Shown here in pieces: positions 62,987-64,000 of a stretch of 64,000 nucleotides of DNA. A program made the translations under genes and the position numbers. The notes beneath the pieces are model-generated. The model was not told where the DNA came from and did no database searches. It worked only from the letters and a program-made list of their open reading frames with translations. This stretch comes from Macrostomum lignano (taxonomy: Eukaryota), in assembly GCA_002269645.1 (NCBI GenBank), contig NIVC01002442.1, positions 1 to 64,000 of the forward strand, read 5' to 3'. How positions within the stretch are numbered: the first letter of the stretch is position 1; each line of letters starts with the position of its first letter.

Positions 62987-64000
62987 CTGCAGGTTAAGCG
63001 AGAAAGTAAGGCATGTAAAATATAAGTGCAATAAATACCACTGACAATACTAATGTTTGTACATAAGTAATGCAAATTCATCATGCAAACTTAAAGAAAG
63101 TGTAACCTTAAAATGAAATCTCTGAAGCCAAATTTGTTCTCTTTTGTTTTATCCAAAGACATTAAACAAGCCAATCTCACTGACGTGTACAAATTTAAGT
63201 AATTTTGGGCTTTTGGTGTATAATTTTAAAATTTTGGTGTGCGACATGCACTGAAAATTTAAAAAATCCATCATCAATAATAGTAACAATAGTTGTCCAT
63301 GCAATTGATATTTTTTCTTCTATTCTCAAAATAATGAGGTGCCATAAATGGAATTTTAATCCTCAGGCCACAATTATTCCATTTTTATCCTTCTATAGAT
63401 CATCCAGGTGCAACACCAAGCCTATCTAGCTGTCTGGCAAGTTGCAAAAATTCCCATCTAATTAGTACTCTAAATTAGTAAAGGAGTACTAATTAGATGA
63501 CAAGGTATTTACTCCTGCCATTTACCCAAACCATCAGTACCATTATTGGGGTTGTAGAAAGATCTGGCAATGAGATCATTGTTTCCTCTTGTTTGCATGC
63601 CATTTTGGATAATAAAACAGAAGAAAAAAGAAGAAAGTAAAAAAAAGAAACAAAAGTTTGCTGTCTTGCAAAAAATAGTAAAAAATGCTCATTTTTCTAC
63701 TGTCAGTAGCTTAAAAAAACTTCAAATGCAAAAAAACACCCATACAAGACACTTTACACACAAACTGATTATTGCATTGTATTTAGATATGAATTCTATG
63801 CTAGAGATAAATTTCTTAAAACTTTGTTGCTTCTTTTCCATAATGAAAAATGCTATTTTTTAATTGCTTATGGACATTTACATGTAGTGCAAAAACGACA
63901 ACCTGAGAAACTGCTCTGCAAGAACACATTTTTTGGATGTGTTAATTGCAATCGATACACTCCACAAGACCCTGCTTAAAACCAAACACATTGAATCCTT

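Overview
Eukaryotic (metazoan) genomic DNA with spliceosomal GT-AG introns. GC-rich exons, short or minisatellite-filled introns, a UspA-family gene and a secreted PAN-domain gene suggest a free-living flatworm such as Macrostomum lignano (inference only). Gene content in order: two tandem ABCA transporters on the minus strand (copy 1 nearly intact with one 1-nt frameshift; copy 2 multiply deleted, with an NBD2 that looks gene-converted), separated by a BEL/Pao gag remnant and a (GTT)n tract; a secreted PAN/apple protein; an RAI1/TCF20-like ePHD gene; a UBE2D-type E2; a decayed mariner; a nest of DNA transposons (outer TIR element > MULE > two hAT-type MITEs); a universal stress protein; SKP1; an intronless ELOVL; LINE and Crypton-like remnants; a 4.45 kb 42-bp satellite; a DPY19 C-mannosyltransferase; and a Merlin/NF2-like FERM gene. 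The most notable pattern is three intronic minisatellites whose repeat unit contains the actual exon-intron junction (UBE2D acceptor, DPY19 intron-2 donor, DPY19 last acceptor). These create arrays of decoy, poison or possibly recursive splice sites. Coordinates were counted by hand and may be off by a few bases; no database searches were run, and family assignments rest on remembered motifs.
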